NCBI GenBank assembly: GCA_964513385.1
Contig: CAZEMC010000007.1
Coordinates: 21,552 to 85,551 of the forward strand
Direction of reading: 5' to 3'
Length of the DNA stretch: 64,000 nt
Source of the DNA: an uncultured Candidatus Saccharibacteria bacterium
GTDB taxonomy: Bacteria > Patescibacteriota > Saccharimonadia > Saccharimonadales > UBA4665
Shown here: in pieces, positions 15,899 to 24,775 of the stretch
How positions within the stretch are numbered: position 1 is the first letter of the stretch
How the letters are laid out: each line of letters opens with the position of its first letter
Program-made: the position numbers and the translations under genes
Notes under the pieces: model-generated
Told to the model about the DNA's origin: nothing
Databases searched by the model: none
The model's input: the letters and a program-made list of their open reading frames with translations, nothing else

Positions 15899-17545
15899 CT
15901 AGCTGCGGGGCATGTGGTCGTAGAGGTGGTCCATGGTGTAGGTGTTACGAACCAGGGGCTTTATGTCGTCGAGGGTGACGTCTATTTTGACGCCGGGGTT
16001 CAGAGTAGCGTACGGGTCGAAAATGTGCCTGACGCGCTTGAGGAGGGCGTAACCTTCGGGGCCGTATAGCAGGGGGAGGTAGGGTGCGCGCAGGCGGCCG
16101 TCGCCGTGCTCGCCGCTGGTGGTGCCACCGAGCGAAATGACTAGTTTATAGTATTCGTCGATGAGTTTGAAGGCCTTCTGGCGGTCGCCGAGCTGGCTCA
16201 GGTCCAGAAACGGCTGCATGTGCAGGTTCCCGTCGCCGGCGTGTCCCCAAACGGCGACCTGCAGCTTGGCGGCGGCGAAGAGTTTATAGACACCGGTAAC
16301 GTAGGTTTCGAACTTGTCGGCCGGCACGACGCCGTCTTCTATTATCGGCACGGCTTTGAGCTGGCCTTCGCTGTGCGCGACGACGCTGGCCGAGGCGTGA
16401 CGGATTTTCCAGAGACGTGATTGGGCTTCGGGGTCTTCTTCGTGCACGAATGTCTGGCTGTATTCGTCGAGAATCTTTTCGGCCTGCTTGAGCGTTTTCT
16501 TGAGCTTGCGGTCCCCTGCCCCTTCAAACTCCACTAGCAAGACGACTTTGGCGAACGGCGTGCCGACGATGCCCTTCAGCTGGTTCGGGTTCAGCCGGTG
16601 GACGAGTTCCAGCAACTGGCCGTCTACCATTTCTATGGCTGAAGGCAGGTCTTTGAGCCCGCGCAGCTGCATTATGGCCTGCTCGGCTTTGGTCAGGCTG
16701 TCGAACTCGGCCATGTAGAGCACGGTATCGGGGTTGTAGCTTTCGGTTTCCAGCGTCGCTTCGGTGATGATGCCGAGCGTGCCCTGGCTGCCCACGAGCA
16801 GCGGCGTGAGGTCAAAGCTGCCGTCGGGGTCCTTGACGCTCGCCAGCGCGTAGCCCGCGGTGTTTTTGGAAACATCCAGGCGGAGTTTTTCGACGGCATC
16901 GCGGTTTTCTTCTATAAGGGTGTCGAGGGCACGGTAGATTTCGCCCTCGAACGTGCTGAGGCCGAGTTTTTTGCTGAGTTCGCGCTTGCTGAGCCGGAAC
17001 GTCTCCACGACTTCGCCGTTCGCGAGCACGACGCGCAAGGACTTCACGAAGTCACGAGTCGAGCCGTATTTGTGGCTCTTTTCGCCGCTGGCATTGTTCG
17101 CCAGCGCGCCGCCGATGGTACTGTATTCGTAGCTGGCCGGGTATGGCGGCAGAAAACGGTCGTGCGTGTGCAGCGTCTGCTCCAGGCGGCCGTAGTTCAG
17201 GCCGGGTTCTACGGCGACCACACCACTCTTCGGGTCAAGCTCGACGATGCGGTTCATGTGGGCCGGGAAGACCATCATGATGCCCTCGCCCAGTGCTGCG
17301 CCGCCTTGGTCGGTGCCGCTGCCTCGGCACGTGATGGGGATTATTCGGCCGCGTTCGGCCAGCTGCCAGGCGAAGCGGGCGGTTTTGCGGACATCGTTTT
17401 CGTTGCGGGGGTACAGCACGATGCTTGGTGTGACGGTAAAAATGCTGCCGTCGGTTGCGAAGTACTTGCGCGCGTCGGCGCTCGTCATGACCTCTCCCAG
17501 CAAATGTTCCTGCAGATAATGCGCGACTTTACTCACCGTAACCAC
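15899..17545 (-). CDS. FAD-binding oxidase (GlcD / D-lactate dehydrogenase family)
   Basis: FAD_binding_4-type motifs (RGSGTDQGGAALG, GGALANNASG) and a C-terminal GEHGDGRLR. Confidence 0.85.
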   Translation of the reverse strand: MVTVSKVAHYLQEHLLGEVMTSADARKYFATDGSIFTVTPSIVLYPRNENDVRKTARFAWQLAERGRIIPITCRGSGTDQGGAALGEGIMMVFPAHMNRIVELDPKSGVVAVEPGLNYGRLEQTLHTHDRFLPPYPASYEYSTIGGALANNASGEKSHKYGSTRDFVKSLRVVLANGEVVETFRLSKRELSKKLGLSTFEGEIYRALDTLIEENRDAVEKLRLDVSKNTAGYALASVKDPDGSFDLTPLLVGSQGTLGIITEATLETESYNPDTVLYMAEFDSLTKAEQAIMQLRGLKDLPSAIEMVDGQLLELVHRLNPNQLKGIVGTPFAKVVLLVEFEGAGDRKLKKTLKQAEKILDEYSQTFVHEEDPEAQSRLWKIRHASASVVAHSEGQLKAVPIIEDGVVPADKFETYVTGVYKLFAAAKLQVAVWGHAGDGNLHMQPFLDLSQLGDRQKAFKLIDEYYKLVISLGGTTSGEHGDGRLRAPYLPLLYGPEGYALLKRVRHIFDPYATLNPGVKIDVTLDDIKPLVRNTYTMDHLYDHMPRS

Positions 17546-17615
17546 TCCTCACCAGTGTCAGTTTCTGCTGTTTCATGTCTAGAGCCTATGATAGCATAAA
17601 CGCTTTCGAAGCACG

Positions 17616-17640
17616 AAAAAACCGAGCCATTTTGCTCGGT
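17616..17640 (-). terminator. intrinsic terminator (minus strand)
   Basis: ACCGAGC (17621-17627) / GCTCGGT (17634-17640). The A5 upstream gives a U-run on the minus strand. Confidence 0.5.
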
Positions 17641-17779
17641 TTAGAAACCTGGGAAGTCGGGTAATTGCAGTCAGTCGTCGGGTGGGGCTAGGGTTGGCGT
17701 ATACGCCGGGGCAGTGTCGGAAAACTTGTTCGCTGAGCCAGCGCAAATTTCGTTTCCGAATTACCCCCTCCGCTAGAAG

Positions 17780-18016
17780 CTAAATCTCCAAGATAGCTTC
17801 CATCGCTCCGACCGCACGCGCGTATGCAGGAACTTCTTTTGCAAACTCTTCCGGGGGGACCATCAGAGATTTGTTGTTGAGTTCATCTTGCATACGTAGT
17901 GCAATCACTCGTGCCGCCTCAATACGACCAACGTGAATGAGCGCTAACGCCACATCCATTTGACCGATGAAGCGCTCGATGCGATTCCTTGCTCCACTAT
18001 GTAACTGTGTGCCCAT
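17780..18016 (-). CDS. hypothetical small protein (78 aa)
   Basis: Strong SD AAGGAGGTGA immediately upstream of the ATG. Confidence 0.6.
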   Translation of the reverse strand: MGTQLHSGARNRIERFIGQMDVALALIHVGRIEAARVIALRMQDELNNKSLMVPPEEFAKEVPAYARAVGAMEAILEI

Positions 18017-18159
18017 GCTTCACCTCCTTTCAGGGGGTGACTCGCTCCAAGCTAACGGACTTTCCGCCAGCGATCGAGATTGGCTCGGTAGTACAACTGC
18101 AATTACCCTCTCCATCTATGATGGATTGTAATATTATACCACATTTGTCAATGTCCCCC

Positions 18160-18188
18160 TTGAAAATAGAACTGAAAACAGATAGAAT
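18160..18188 (+). promoter_or_regulatory. sigma70-like promoter upstream of tRNA-Leu(CAG)
   Basis: TTGAAA (18160-18165), N17, TAGAAT (18183-18188). Implies a ~200-nt hairpin-rich leader before the tRNA. Confidence 0.4.
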
Positions 18189-18393
18189 AGCGGAGTTGAT
18201 ACCAGGCTTTCTTCCCGAGTGAGGGAAAAGAGCAGCCCCCGACGTACGTCGGGGCGCGATGAGAAAAACCGTCAGGTTTGTCTCATCACCTTGCGGATGT
18301 GGCGGCTGCGTAACGCAAATTAATCGTAGACGCGCTAACGCGTTCGGAAACCTGGTCCGGGACGACCTAAAACTAAGTGCACTTTACATCTAT

Positions 18394-18481
18394 GCGGACG
18401 TGGCGGAATTGGTAGACGCGCTAGTTTCAGGTACTAGTGAGCTTTAAACTCGTGGAGGTTCAAGTCCTCTCGTCCGCACCA
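18394..18481 (+). tRNA. tRNA-Leu (anticodon CAG), CCA encoded
   Basis: GCGGACG...CTAGT-TTCAGGT-ACTAG...long variable arm...GGAGGTTCAAGTCCTC...CGTCCGCACCA. Confidence 0.95.
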
Positions 18482-18517
18482 AGAAAATACCCCAGGCAAT
18501 GTTTGGGGTATTTTCTT
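18481..18517 (+). terminator. intrinsic terminator after tRNA-Leu
   Basis: 14-bp stem AAGAAAATACCCCA / TGGGGTATTTTCTT; the right arm supplies the T-tract. Confidence 0.7.
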
Positions 18518-18539
18518 GGCTTGAACTAGTAGATGTACT

Positions 18540-18896
18540 TCCAGAAAACCTTTCACGGTTCCGGCCAACTTTTCACGGGGCGTTTGTCAGCCCAGCTTCC
18601 GCTGGGCTGACGAGCCTAGGGTACGTCCGGACGGTTCTTGGCTTGGTGCGTTGGCTGGATATCCGTGCACAGGGATGAGTGTGAAGCCTGCAAACGATTC
18701 CACATCCGTGATGACTTCCCACGTAGGCGTCTTATGGTCTGACCAGGGAAACCCGCGGGTTTCCCTACGCTCGGTAGCATCCTTGCTTCGCGGATGCTAG
18801 CCGGGCTACCTTTCCGGTCTGCAGACCGGGGATTAGAGAGACTCGCTGGTCGCGAGTCGCAACGGAATCTGCGACTAGCGTTGGTGACTCACCCAC
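18540..18896. other. ORF-free cluster of GC-rich perfect hairpins (candidate structured RNA or hairpin array)
   Basis: Hairpins at 18586-18611 (11 bp; the loop reads GGAA on the minus strand), 18746-18765 (20-nt perfect palindrome), 18777-18797, 18814-18829, 18840-18858 and 18856-18875. No ORF of 60 aa or more on either strand. Confidence 0.4.
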
Positions 18897-18995
18897 TGCG
18901 CGTTAGTGCACGAGGCGATAGCTGAGCTTTAGGGGATGGGAGACATGCTTCGAGTTCATTTCGAAGCATGTTGGGAAGGGTGAGCCCTTCCCTAA
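18897..18995 (+). repeat. modular V-element, copy A (5' box + variable hairpin + G-rich hairpin)
   Basis: GCGTTAGTGCACGAGGCGATAGCTGAGCTTTAGGGGATGGGAG, then ACATGCTTCGA-GTTCATT-TCGAAGCATGT, then GGGAAGGG-TGAG-CCCTTCCC. Confidence 0.7.
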
Positions 18996-20785
18996 TTACT
19001 AACTTTGGCGGTGTGCGTTTCCCACGCGGCGACCGAGTTGTACCGGTCGGTGTCGGTGTTCAAAGCATGTTCTTCCAGGTTGTAGACCGGGCCGCGGGTT
19101 ATGTAGAGGAAGCGCGGCTGGTAGAGGCCGAGCGCGGGTGCGTCAGTCTGCCAGGCTTGCAAAAACGGCCGGTATTTTATGACGCGCAGGGCCGGGTCGG
19201 TGCGGGTGCGGCCGGCTTCGAGGGCGGTGTCCGCAGTAGTCGACCGGTATTCCGAAAAATTCAGCCGGCTCGTGGAGCGGATATCTGCCTGCGTGCTATC
19301 CCAGTAGGCGTAGACGTCGGGGTCGACGCCGATGGAAATGCCGTACAATAGCGCATCGTACGTATGGAACTCAAGCGTGGTCTGGAAGTCTGACGCCTGC
19401 TGCGAAATCGGCACGACATCGGCGCCGATAGCTCGCCAGTCGCTGACCAACCGGCGGACGACATAGTCATTTTCGGGTGTTTCCTGCGTGTACAAGCGGA
19501 ATGTCAGCCGCTGTCCGTTTTTGGTACGGATGCCGTTCGAACCGACGGCCCACCCAGCTGCGTCGAGCTGCGCCTTGGCGGCTGTCGGGTCGTAGCCGGC
19601 CTGGTAGTATTTGCTGTCGTACGCCAGCTGACCTATGAGCAGCGGTTCGCGCACGGCGTGGGTCTGGTACGACAGGCCCTCTATGATTCCCTGCGTATCG
19701 GCGCCTTTGACCAGCGCCTGGCGGACGGCCGTATCGCTCAGGACGCCGCTGGAAGTTTTGAAGAATGACATCAGCGCGGCGGTCGATGTAAAGCTGGTGA
19801 CATGTATGTCGGAGCCGGTGCCGATTTCTTTCGGAACTTCGTTCAGCCCGGCCATGGCGTTGACTTCGTGTGCGTTGAACGCGGCGACCAGCCGGTCACG
19901 GGTAGAGTAGGCGCGGATGACGAACCGGCTGAGCTTGGGGCTGCCGCCGACGTAGTTGTCGAACGGTTGGAGAGCGATGAAGGTGGTCGATTTGTCGGGG
20001 CTGCCGCCGTCGTTCGTTTCTATGGTGCGCCATTTGAACGGGCCGGCGCCGATGGGGTGGATAGTGTTGAAGTTGTTCGAGCGCAGCTGTTCGGCCGGTA
20101 CGTTGCCCAGGAGGTGCTCCGGGATGATGCCGGTCGTCAGGCTGTAGGGGAACGACGCGAGCGTGCTCGGCAGGTCGAACCGTACGGTCGCCGGGTTTAT
20201 GGCGCTGATACTGATTCCCTGCCAGGCTGCCTGCAGCGCCGAGTTCGCGTCGGGGTTCTGTATGGTGTGGTAGGTGAACACGACGTCGTTCGCCGTCAAC
20301 GGTTTGCCATCTTGCCAAGTTAGGTTGGGCTTGAGGGTGACAGTGTACTGCCGGCCGCTGGCATCGACGCTGAAGCCGCTGGCCAGGTCGCCGGTGAGTG
20401 AATTGTGGTTGTCGTATTTCAAGAGGCCGGCGAAAATCAGGCGCGACACTGCGGAATCGACGCTCCCGGTGGCGTAGATAGGGTTGGCGTTGCTGTAGCT
20501 GCCCACCATGCCTTCGTTGTAAGCGCCGCCACCGACAGGCTGCGTGGTCTGGTAGAACGTACTGAGCGCCATAGTCTGCGCCACGGTGCATCCGACCAGT
20601 AGTGCGACGAGCAGGAGCCAGCCGAATGCGAAGCGCTTAACATGTAATAGCCGGTCGAACCGGGCGATGAGGTTGTTTTCGAACTGTGCCTCGGCCTCTT
20701 GCGCGGCTGTTTCGACTTGCCGTTGCCGCCGGCGAAACAGCCGTCGGACCCGTAGGCGTGCTGCGCGGTCAAAAGAAAGTGCCAT
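18992..20785 (-). CDS. ABC transporter substrate-binding protein, family 5 (peptide/nickel type), membrane-anchored
   Basis: N-terminal TM segment and a typical SBP_bac_5 region (TVTLKPNLTWQDGKPLTANDVVFTY). No permease or ATPase gene adjacent. Confidence 0.85.
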   Translation of the reverse strand: MALSFDRAARLRVRRLFRRRQRQVETAAQEAEAQFENNLIARFDRLLHVKRFAFGWLLLVALLVGCTVAQTMALSTFYQTTQPVGGGAYNEGMVGSYSNANPIYATGSVDSAVSRLIFAGLLKYDNHNSLTGDLASGFSVDASGRQYTVTLKPNLTWQDGKPLTANDVVFTYHTIQNPDANSALQAAWQGISISAINPATVRFDLPSTLASFPYSLTTGIIPEHLLGNVPAEQLRSNNFNTIHPIGAGPFKWRTIETNDGGSPDKSTTFIALQPFDNYVGGSPKLSRFVIRAYSTRDRLVAAFNAHEVNAMAGLNEVPKEIGTGSDIHVTSFTSTAALMSFFKTSSGVLSDTAVRQALVKGADTQGIIEGLSYQTHAVREPLLIGQLAYDSKYYQAGYDPTAAKAQLDAAGWAVGSNGIRTKNGQRLTFRLYTQETPENDYVVRRLVSDWRAIGADVVPISQQASDFQTTLEFHTYDALLYGISIGVDPDVYAYWDSTQADIRSTSRLNFSEYRSTTADTALEAGRTRTDPALRVIKYRPFLQAWQTDAPALGLYQPRFLYITRGPVYNLEEHALNTDTDRYNSVAAWETHTAKVSN

Positions 20786-20821
20786 TATACCCTCGAACCA
20801 CCCCTTATTCCTTAGTACTTC

Positions 20822-21037
20822 TTACGCCGCAATAATACCCGCCAAAATAGACAGTACGAACACCGTAGCCGTAACGATAGTAATCTGATAAATGGTTTTT
20901 TCGGTGCCGCGGCGTTCGGTGTTGACCTCGCCGCTGCTGCCGATACCGGCGCCAAGACTGGCTCCGCGGGTCTGCACCAGGATAAGCAATGTCATGAACA
21001 GCATAGAAGCAATAGTGACGTAATTGTAAATACTCAT
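20822..21037 (-). CDS. secG: preprotein translocase subunit SecG
   Basis: 71 aa, two TM segments, LLILVQTRGASLGAGIG motif. Start at ATG 21035-21037. Confidence 0.75.
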   Translation of the reverse strand: MSIYNYVTIASMLFMTLLILVQTRGASLGAGIGSSGEVNTERRGTEKTIYQITIVTATVFVLSILAGIIAA

Positions 21038-21090
21038 CGTTCTTCTAGTATAGCATGGGACTTTCGCAGAATGGCACATTCTGGAAAGCC

Positions 21091-21217
21091 GTTTACCATT
21101 TACCCTTCACCGTTTACCGTGCGTTACCCATTCACCATTTATCGTGCGGGCGTTATTCTTCATGGTAAACGGTTCACAGTGCATGTATGGTGAATGGAAA
21201 ATGGTGAACGGTGAATA
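21091..21217. repeat. complementary word tracts (TTTACC/TTCACC vs GGTAAA/GGTGAA)
   Basis: Left tract 21091-21140, right tract 21164-21217. Several alternative registers of pairing are possible. Confidence 0.55.
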
Positions 21218-21302
21218 GTTTGGCCGGTGGTGGCTTCTGGGCTTTCCTGTCTGCCGGTAGGCAGGTCTAAGAACTATCCGACTAAGAACTTTATATTCAT
21301 GG

Positions 21303-21725
21303 TTATTTCTGGCGTTCTTCGAGAATGGCGGTAACCAGGTAATTTACCAAGCCTATGATAAGCCCCGTGCCCATAGCCGCCCAGAAATTCGTGACCTCGA
21401 AGGGTTTGTAGAGCACGCTGGCGAGCCATACCGTCAGCCCGTTGACGACCAGCATGAACAAGCCGAGCGTTACCAGTATGGCCGGGAGGCTGGCGAGTAC
21501 CAGGATGGGTTTGATGACGGCGTTTATGGCCGCCAGTATAAGCCCGGCGATGATGATAACGATGAACCGGTCGTCATATGACACACTGCTACTGAGCAGC
21601 CCGGCGGCTATCCAAAGCCCCAGCGAACAGACGAGCCACCGGAGTGCAAACCGTACCGCAAAGCCCGGCGCCGGGTTTTGGCCTGGTTGGTTCGCGACTT
21701 GTTTGCTGTGAGTTTTTGTGCTCAT
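21303..21725 (-). CDS. DUF360 / phage-holin-family-4-like membrane protein
   Basis: INAVIKPILVLASLPAILVTLGLFMLVVNGL motif. Start at ATG 21723-21725. Confidence 0.7.
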   Translation of the reverse strand: MSTKTHSKQVANQPGQNPAPGFAVRFALRWLVCSLGLWIAAGLLSSSVSYDDRFIVIIIAGLILAAINAVIKPILVLASLPAILVTLGLFMLVVNGLTVWLASVLYKPFEVTNFWAAMGTGLIIGLVNYLVTAILEERQK

Positions 21726-21745
21726 GTGGCTAGCTATAATTGTAG

Positions 21746-22978
21746 TTAAAATGCCTGCCGCGGGCAAGCCGCACTCAGCACTTCGCATCCATCTTTCGTG
21801 ATAAGGATGTCGTCTTCTATTCGTACGCCGATGCCTTCTTCTGGTATATAAATCCCCGGTTCGCAGGTAATGACCATATTTGCCTGCCATGGTTCGCGGT
21901 AATCACCGGCGTCATGCAGGTCCAGCCCGAGGAAGTGCGACGTTGCATGCGGGAAATAGCGCCGGATATTCTCCCGGGTCGCTTCCCGTATGACGCCAAG
22001 TTCGAGGAGTTTGGCGCCCATGTATGTCTCGACCTGCTTTTCGTAATCTAGTGGCTGCACGCCGGGTCTGATGAGGCCGAGCGCATATGCCTGCACGTCT
22101 GCCACGGCATTCCAGAGCTCGGCTTTCCGGCCTTCTAGCGGGCGATTGCTGATGGTGCGGGTGATATCCGCCGCATAGTGTTCTACACTAGCACCGATAT
22201 CGATGACAATAAAGTCGCCAGCTGCGATTTCCCCGTCGTTTTCCTGGTGATGCAGCGTGGTGCTGTGCTTGCCTGCGCCGACGATTGAAAAGAAGGCCGG
22301 CCCGTCCGTGCCGCGCTTGCGGAAACCATAGGTTATAGCGGCTTCAATCTCGTATTCATACCGAACCGTGTTCAAGAACTCCGGCTGGCGAATATCGGCT
22401 ATGGTCTCGACGGTACTGTCTATGGCCCGCTGCAGCGCCTGAAGTTCTTCGGGCTGCTTGACGCAGCGCAGCCGGGCGATTTCCTCCCGGATGTCCTGGA
22501 CGGCAACATCGCGGTCGAGGCGCTTGAGTTTTTCAATCAACCGTCTTCGGTATGGAAGCGTATGGAGCCCATGCCGCTTCATATATGACGGCGCGCTGAG
22601 CGGCGTGGCGACCGTATGCGTCCGGGCTAGCTCGTCGCGTACCTTTTTCCAGCCGGTCGTACTGTCTACTATCTGTGTGATTCCTGAAGTGGCGGTAAAG
22701 GCGGCGAAATCGTGTGCTCCGTCGAACGCCTCGCGTTCGAATGAGAGCGTTGGGGCGATGAGGTACGTTTCTCGGGCAGTGATTACCAGCACCAAATCTG
22801 GCGTGCTCAGCCCGGTCAGGTACCAGAAACTACTGTCCTGGTGAAATGGGAACGCTTCGTCGGCGCCCTTCTGCATGGTGCCGTTGCCGGTGATGATGAT
22901 GGGGGTGTCGCTGGCGATGGCTGCGCGGAGTTTGGCGCGGTTGCCGGCGAAGAAGTCGGAAGTAAAAAAACTTTGCAT
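21746..22978 (-). CDS. pepP: Xaa-Pro aminopeptidase (M24B)
   Basis: M24 metal-ligand context (DFIVIDIGASVEHYAADITRT, HATSHFLGLDLHD, ITCEPGIY, VRIEDDI). Start at ATG 22976-22978, downstream of the repeat. Confidence 0.85.
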   Translation of the reverse strand: MQSFFTSDFFAGNRAKLRAAIASDTPIIITGNGTMQKGADEAFPFHQDSSFWYLTGLSTPDLVLVITARETYLIAPTLSFEREAFDGAHDFAAFTATSGITQIVDSTTGWKKVRDELARTHTVATPLSAPSYMKRHGLHTLPYRRRLIEKLKRLDRDVAVQDIREEIARLRCVKQPEELQALQRAIDSTVETIADIRQPEFLNTVRYEYEIEAAITYGFRKRGTDGPAFFSIVGAGKHSTTLHHQENDGEIAAGDFIVIDIGASVEHYAADITRTISNRPLEGRKAELWNAVADVQAYALGLIRPGVQPLDYEKQVETYMGAKLLELGVIREATRENIRRYFPHATSHFLGLDLHDAGDYREPWQANMVITCEPGIYIPEEGIGVRIEDDILITKDGCEVLSAACPRQAF

Positions 22979-22981
22979 CCC

Positions 22982-23140
22982 ACCAAGTATAGCAAATAAC
23001 CAAGCGTCAAATCCCAATGACCAATCAATGGCCGAATTCACGAATGACCAAATATCCGTACGGCTTGGGGTCATGCACGCATTTGGACATTCGGGCATTC
23101 GTGCATTGATTGGTCATTAGTGCTTGTGACTCGGTCATTC
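22982..23140. repeat. ACCAA/TTGGT-word palindromic element, copy 3
   Basis: AACCAAGCGTCAAATCCCAATGACCAATCAATGGCCGAATTCACGAATGACC ... CATTGATTGGTCATTAGTGCTTG. Confidence 0.7.
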
Positions 23141-23142
23141 TC

Positions 23143-24372
23143 CTAGTGGCGGGTGAGGCGCCACCAGAAGCTGGGTTCGGCGAGTGGTTTTTCGAGTACG
23201 ACTGCCACTTGCCCGCTGGTCTTCGGCGTGCGGGCGTACAATGTCCCGACTGATTCCGGTCGCGTTCCAGCTGTGATTTCACTCAGGGCCGCATGCACCG
23301 AAGCAAGTTGGCCGTTCCAGCGGGTAGCTGTAAGGTCTGCGGCTGCTACGGCTGTTGCGGTCGCACCCCATGGTGCCCGGTAGGTCGCAACGGTCTGGCC
23401 TTTGGCCGCCAAGAAGACCGGTGCGAAGTTCGGCGGCACCGATGCAAGCAGCGCGACGGTATCATTCAGTGCTTGCCACAGTGTGCTGGCGCCCATGACC
23501 GCACCGGTTACGGTAACGGACTTGCCGTTTACAGGTACATCGGCGGCGAAGAGGAACGCGCCGGGGTTCTGGTCGTTATTGCCCGTTTTTATGCCACGGA
23601 TTCCCTGCTCGCCCAGGGCAAAGTTATAATTCGTCACAGTACCAGTAAGCGGGAGCTCGGCACTTTTCTGTCCGGCTATTTCCATCAGCACTGGCTGCGC
23701 AACTGCGAGGCTGCCGAGTTTCGCCAAGTCGTTCGCGGTACTGACGGTGGCGCCGTCTAGTCCGCTGGCGTCGACCGCGACCCTGGTGCTCGACATGCCG
23801 TTGCGCGCCAGGAACTGGTTCGCGTACGCGAAGTATGCCTTCAGGCTGCCGAAGGCCCATACCGCCAACGTGTCAGAAAAATTATTGGCGCTGGGCAACA
23901 TAAGACCCTCGAGTAGCTGGTATTCGGAGATAGTTTCGCCGACTTCGACGTACGCCACCGAGCCGTCGTTCGCGACGTAGTGGTCGTAGATGTCGATATC
24001 GGCCTGCGTGAGGGTTATGGTCGGTCCCTGCCCACCTGGCTTCAGTGGTCGCTTCTCGAGTACGCACAGAGCGGTAATGACCTTGGCGATGCTGGCTGTG
24101 GCAAGCGGTTTCTGTTCGCCATGGGTCGCCAGCAGCGTCCCGTCGGCTAGCGCCAACGACGACTGCCCGTAGTCTGGCCAGGCCAACGAAACACTTGCCG
24201 GTGAGACGTGTGTTCCGGATATACCTGTTGCCTCGACCATTGGTAGTGGGCGGAGGTAGTTTATTGTTCCGGCTATGGTTACCAGTAAGAAGACGCCTAG
24301 CAAAACCAGAGCGGCTCGGCGGCCGGTGTGCCGCTTTGGCTGAGGGGGCGGTTTGACGGGGATGACACGCAT
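23143..24372 (-). CDS. serine-type D-Ala-D-Ala carboxypeptidase (PBP5/6-like)
   Basis: SxxK (SIAK), SxN (SANN) and KTG (KTGN) boxes. N-terminal TM segment. Start at ATG 24370-24372; the ORF-track N-terminus translates repeats. Confidence 0.85.
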   Translation of the reverse strand: MRVIPVKPPPQPKRHTGRRAALVLLGVFLLVTIAGTINYLRPLPMVEATGISGTHVSPASVSLAWPDYGQSSLALADGTLLATHGEQKPLATASIAKVITALCVLEKRPLKPGGQGPTITLTQADIDIYDHYVANDGSVAYVEVGETISEYQLLEGLMLPSANNFSDTLAVWAFGSLKAYFAYANQFLARNGMSSTRVAVDASGLDGATVSTANDLAKLGSLAVAQPVLMEIAGQKSAELPLTGTVTNYNFALGEQGIRGIKTGNNDQNPGAFLFAADVPVNGKSVTVTGAVMGASTLWQALNDTVALLASVPPNFAPVFLAAKGQTVATYRAPWGATATAVAAADLTATRWNGQLASVHAALSEITAGTRPESVGTLYARTPKTSGQVAVVLEKPLAEPSFWWRLTRH

Positions 24373-24462
24373 ACGATTAGCCCTTATTATACTCCTTGCC
24401 TGTCCAGGTAAATCCCGGAACTGACCCACATGCACTTTTCTAAAGACAAACATTTCCTCTCT

Positions 24463-24546
24463 GTCGTTCCGAACTCGTTTCGGAATCCATACGGTAGCAC
24501 GGACGTCCATCTCAACGCATGGATACTGAAACAAGTTCAGCATGAC
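24463..24546. repeat. GTCAT...ATGAC MITE-like element, copy 3
   Basis: Roughly 85% identical by eye to the reverse complement of copy 5 (60262-60345), including the core CCATACGGTAGCACGGACG. Sits inside the 15-bp inverted repeat 24425-24439 / 24548-24562. Confidence 0.75.
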
Positions 24547-24593
24547 AAAAAGTGCATGTGGGCAAGGTCCCGGAAGGATACAAGATGTGTAAG

Positions 24594-24775
24594 TTCCAAA
24601 ATCCAAATCACAAATTCCAAACAATACCAAAATTCCAAAAAACAAATGCCGCCCCGTTATTACTACGCGGTTGCCCTGTGTGAACCGACTCATAATCACG
24701 GTATGAAGCCGTTTGTAATGTAAGCTATTGGAATTTGTTTGTGATTTGGAGCTTGGAATTTGGAATTTTGGATTC
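24594..24775. repeat. large inverted repeat of TTCCAAA / TTTGGAA word tracts
   Basis: G-free left arm 24594-24641 and C-poor right arm 24727-24775, separated by about 85 nt. Confidence 0.65.
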
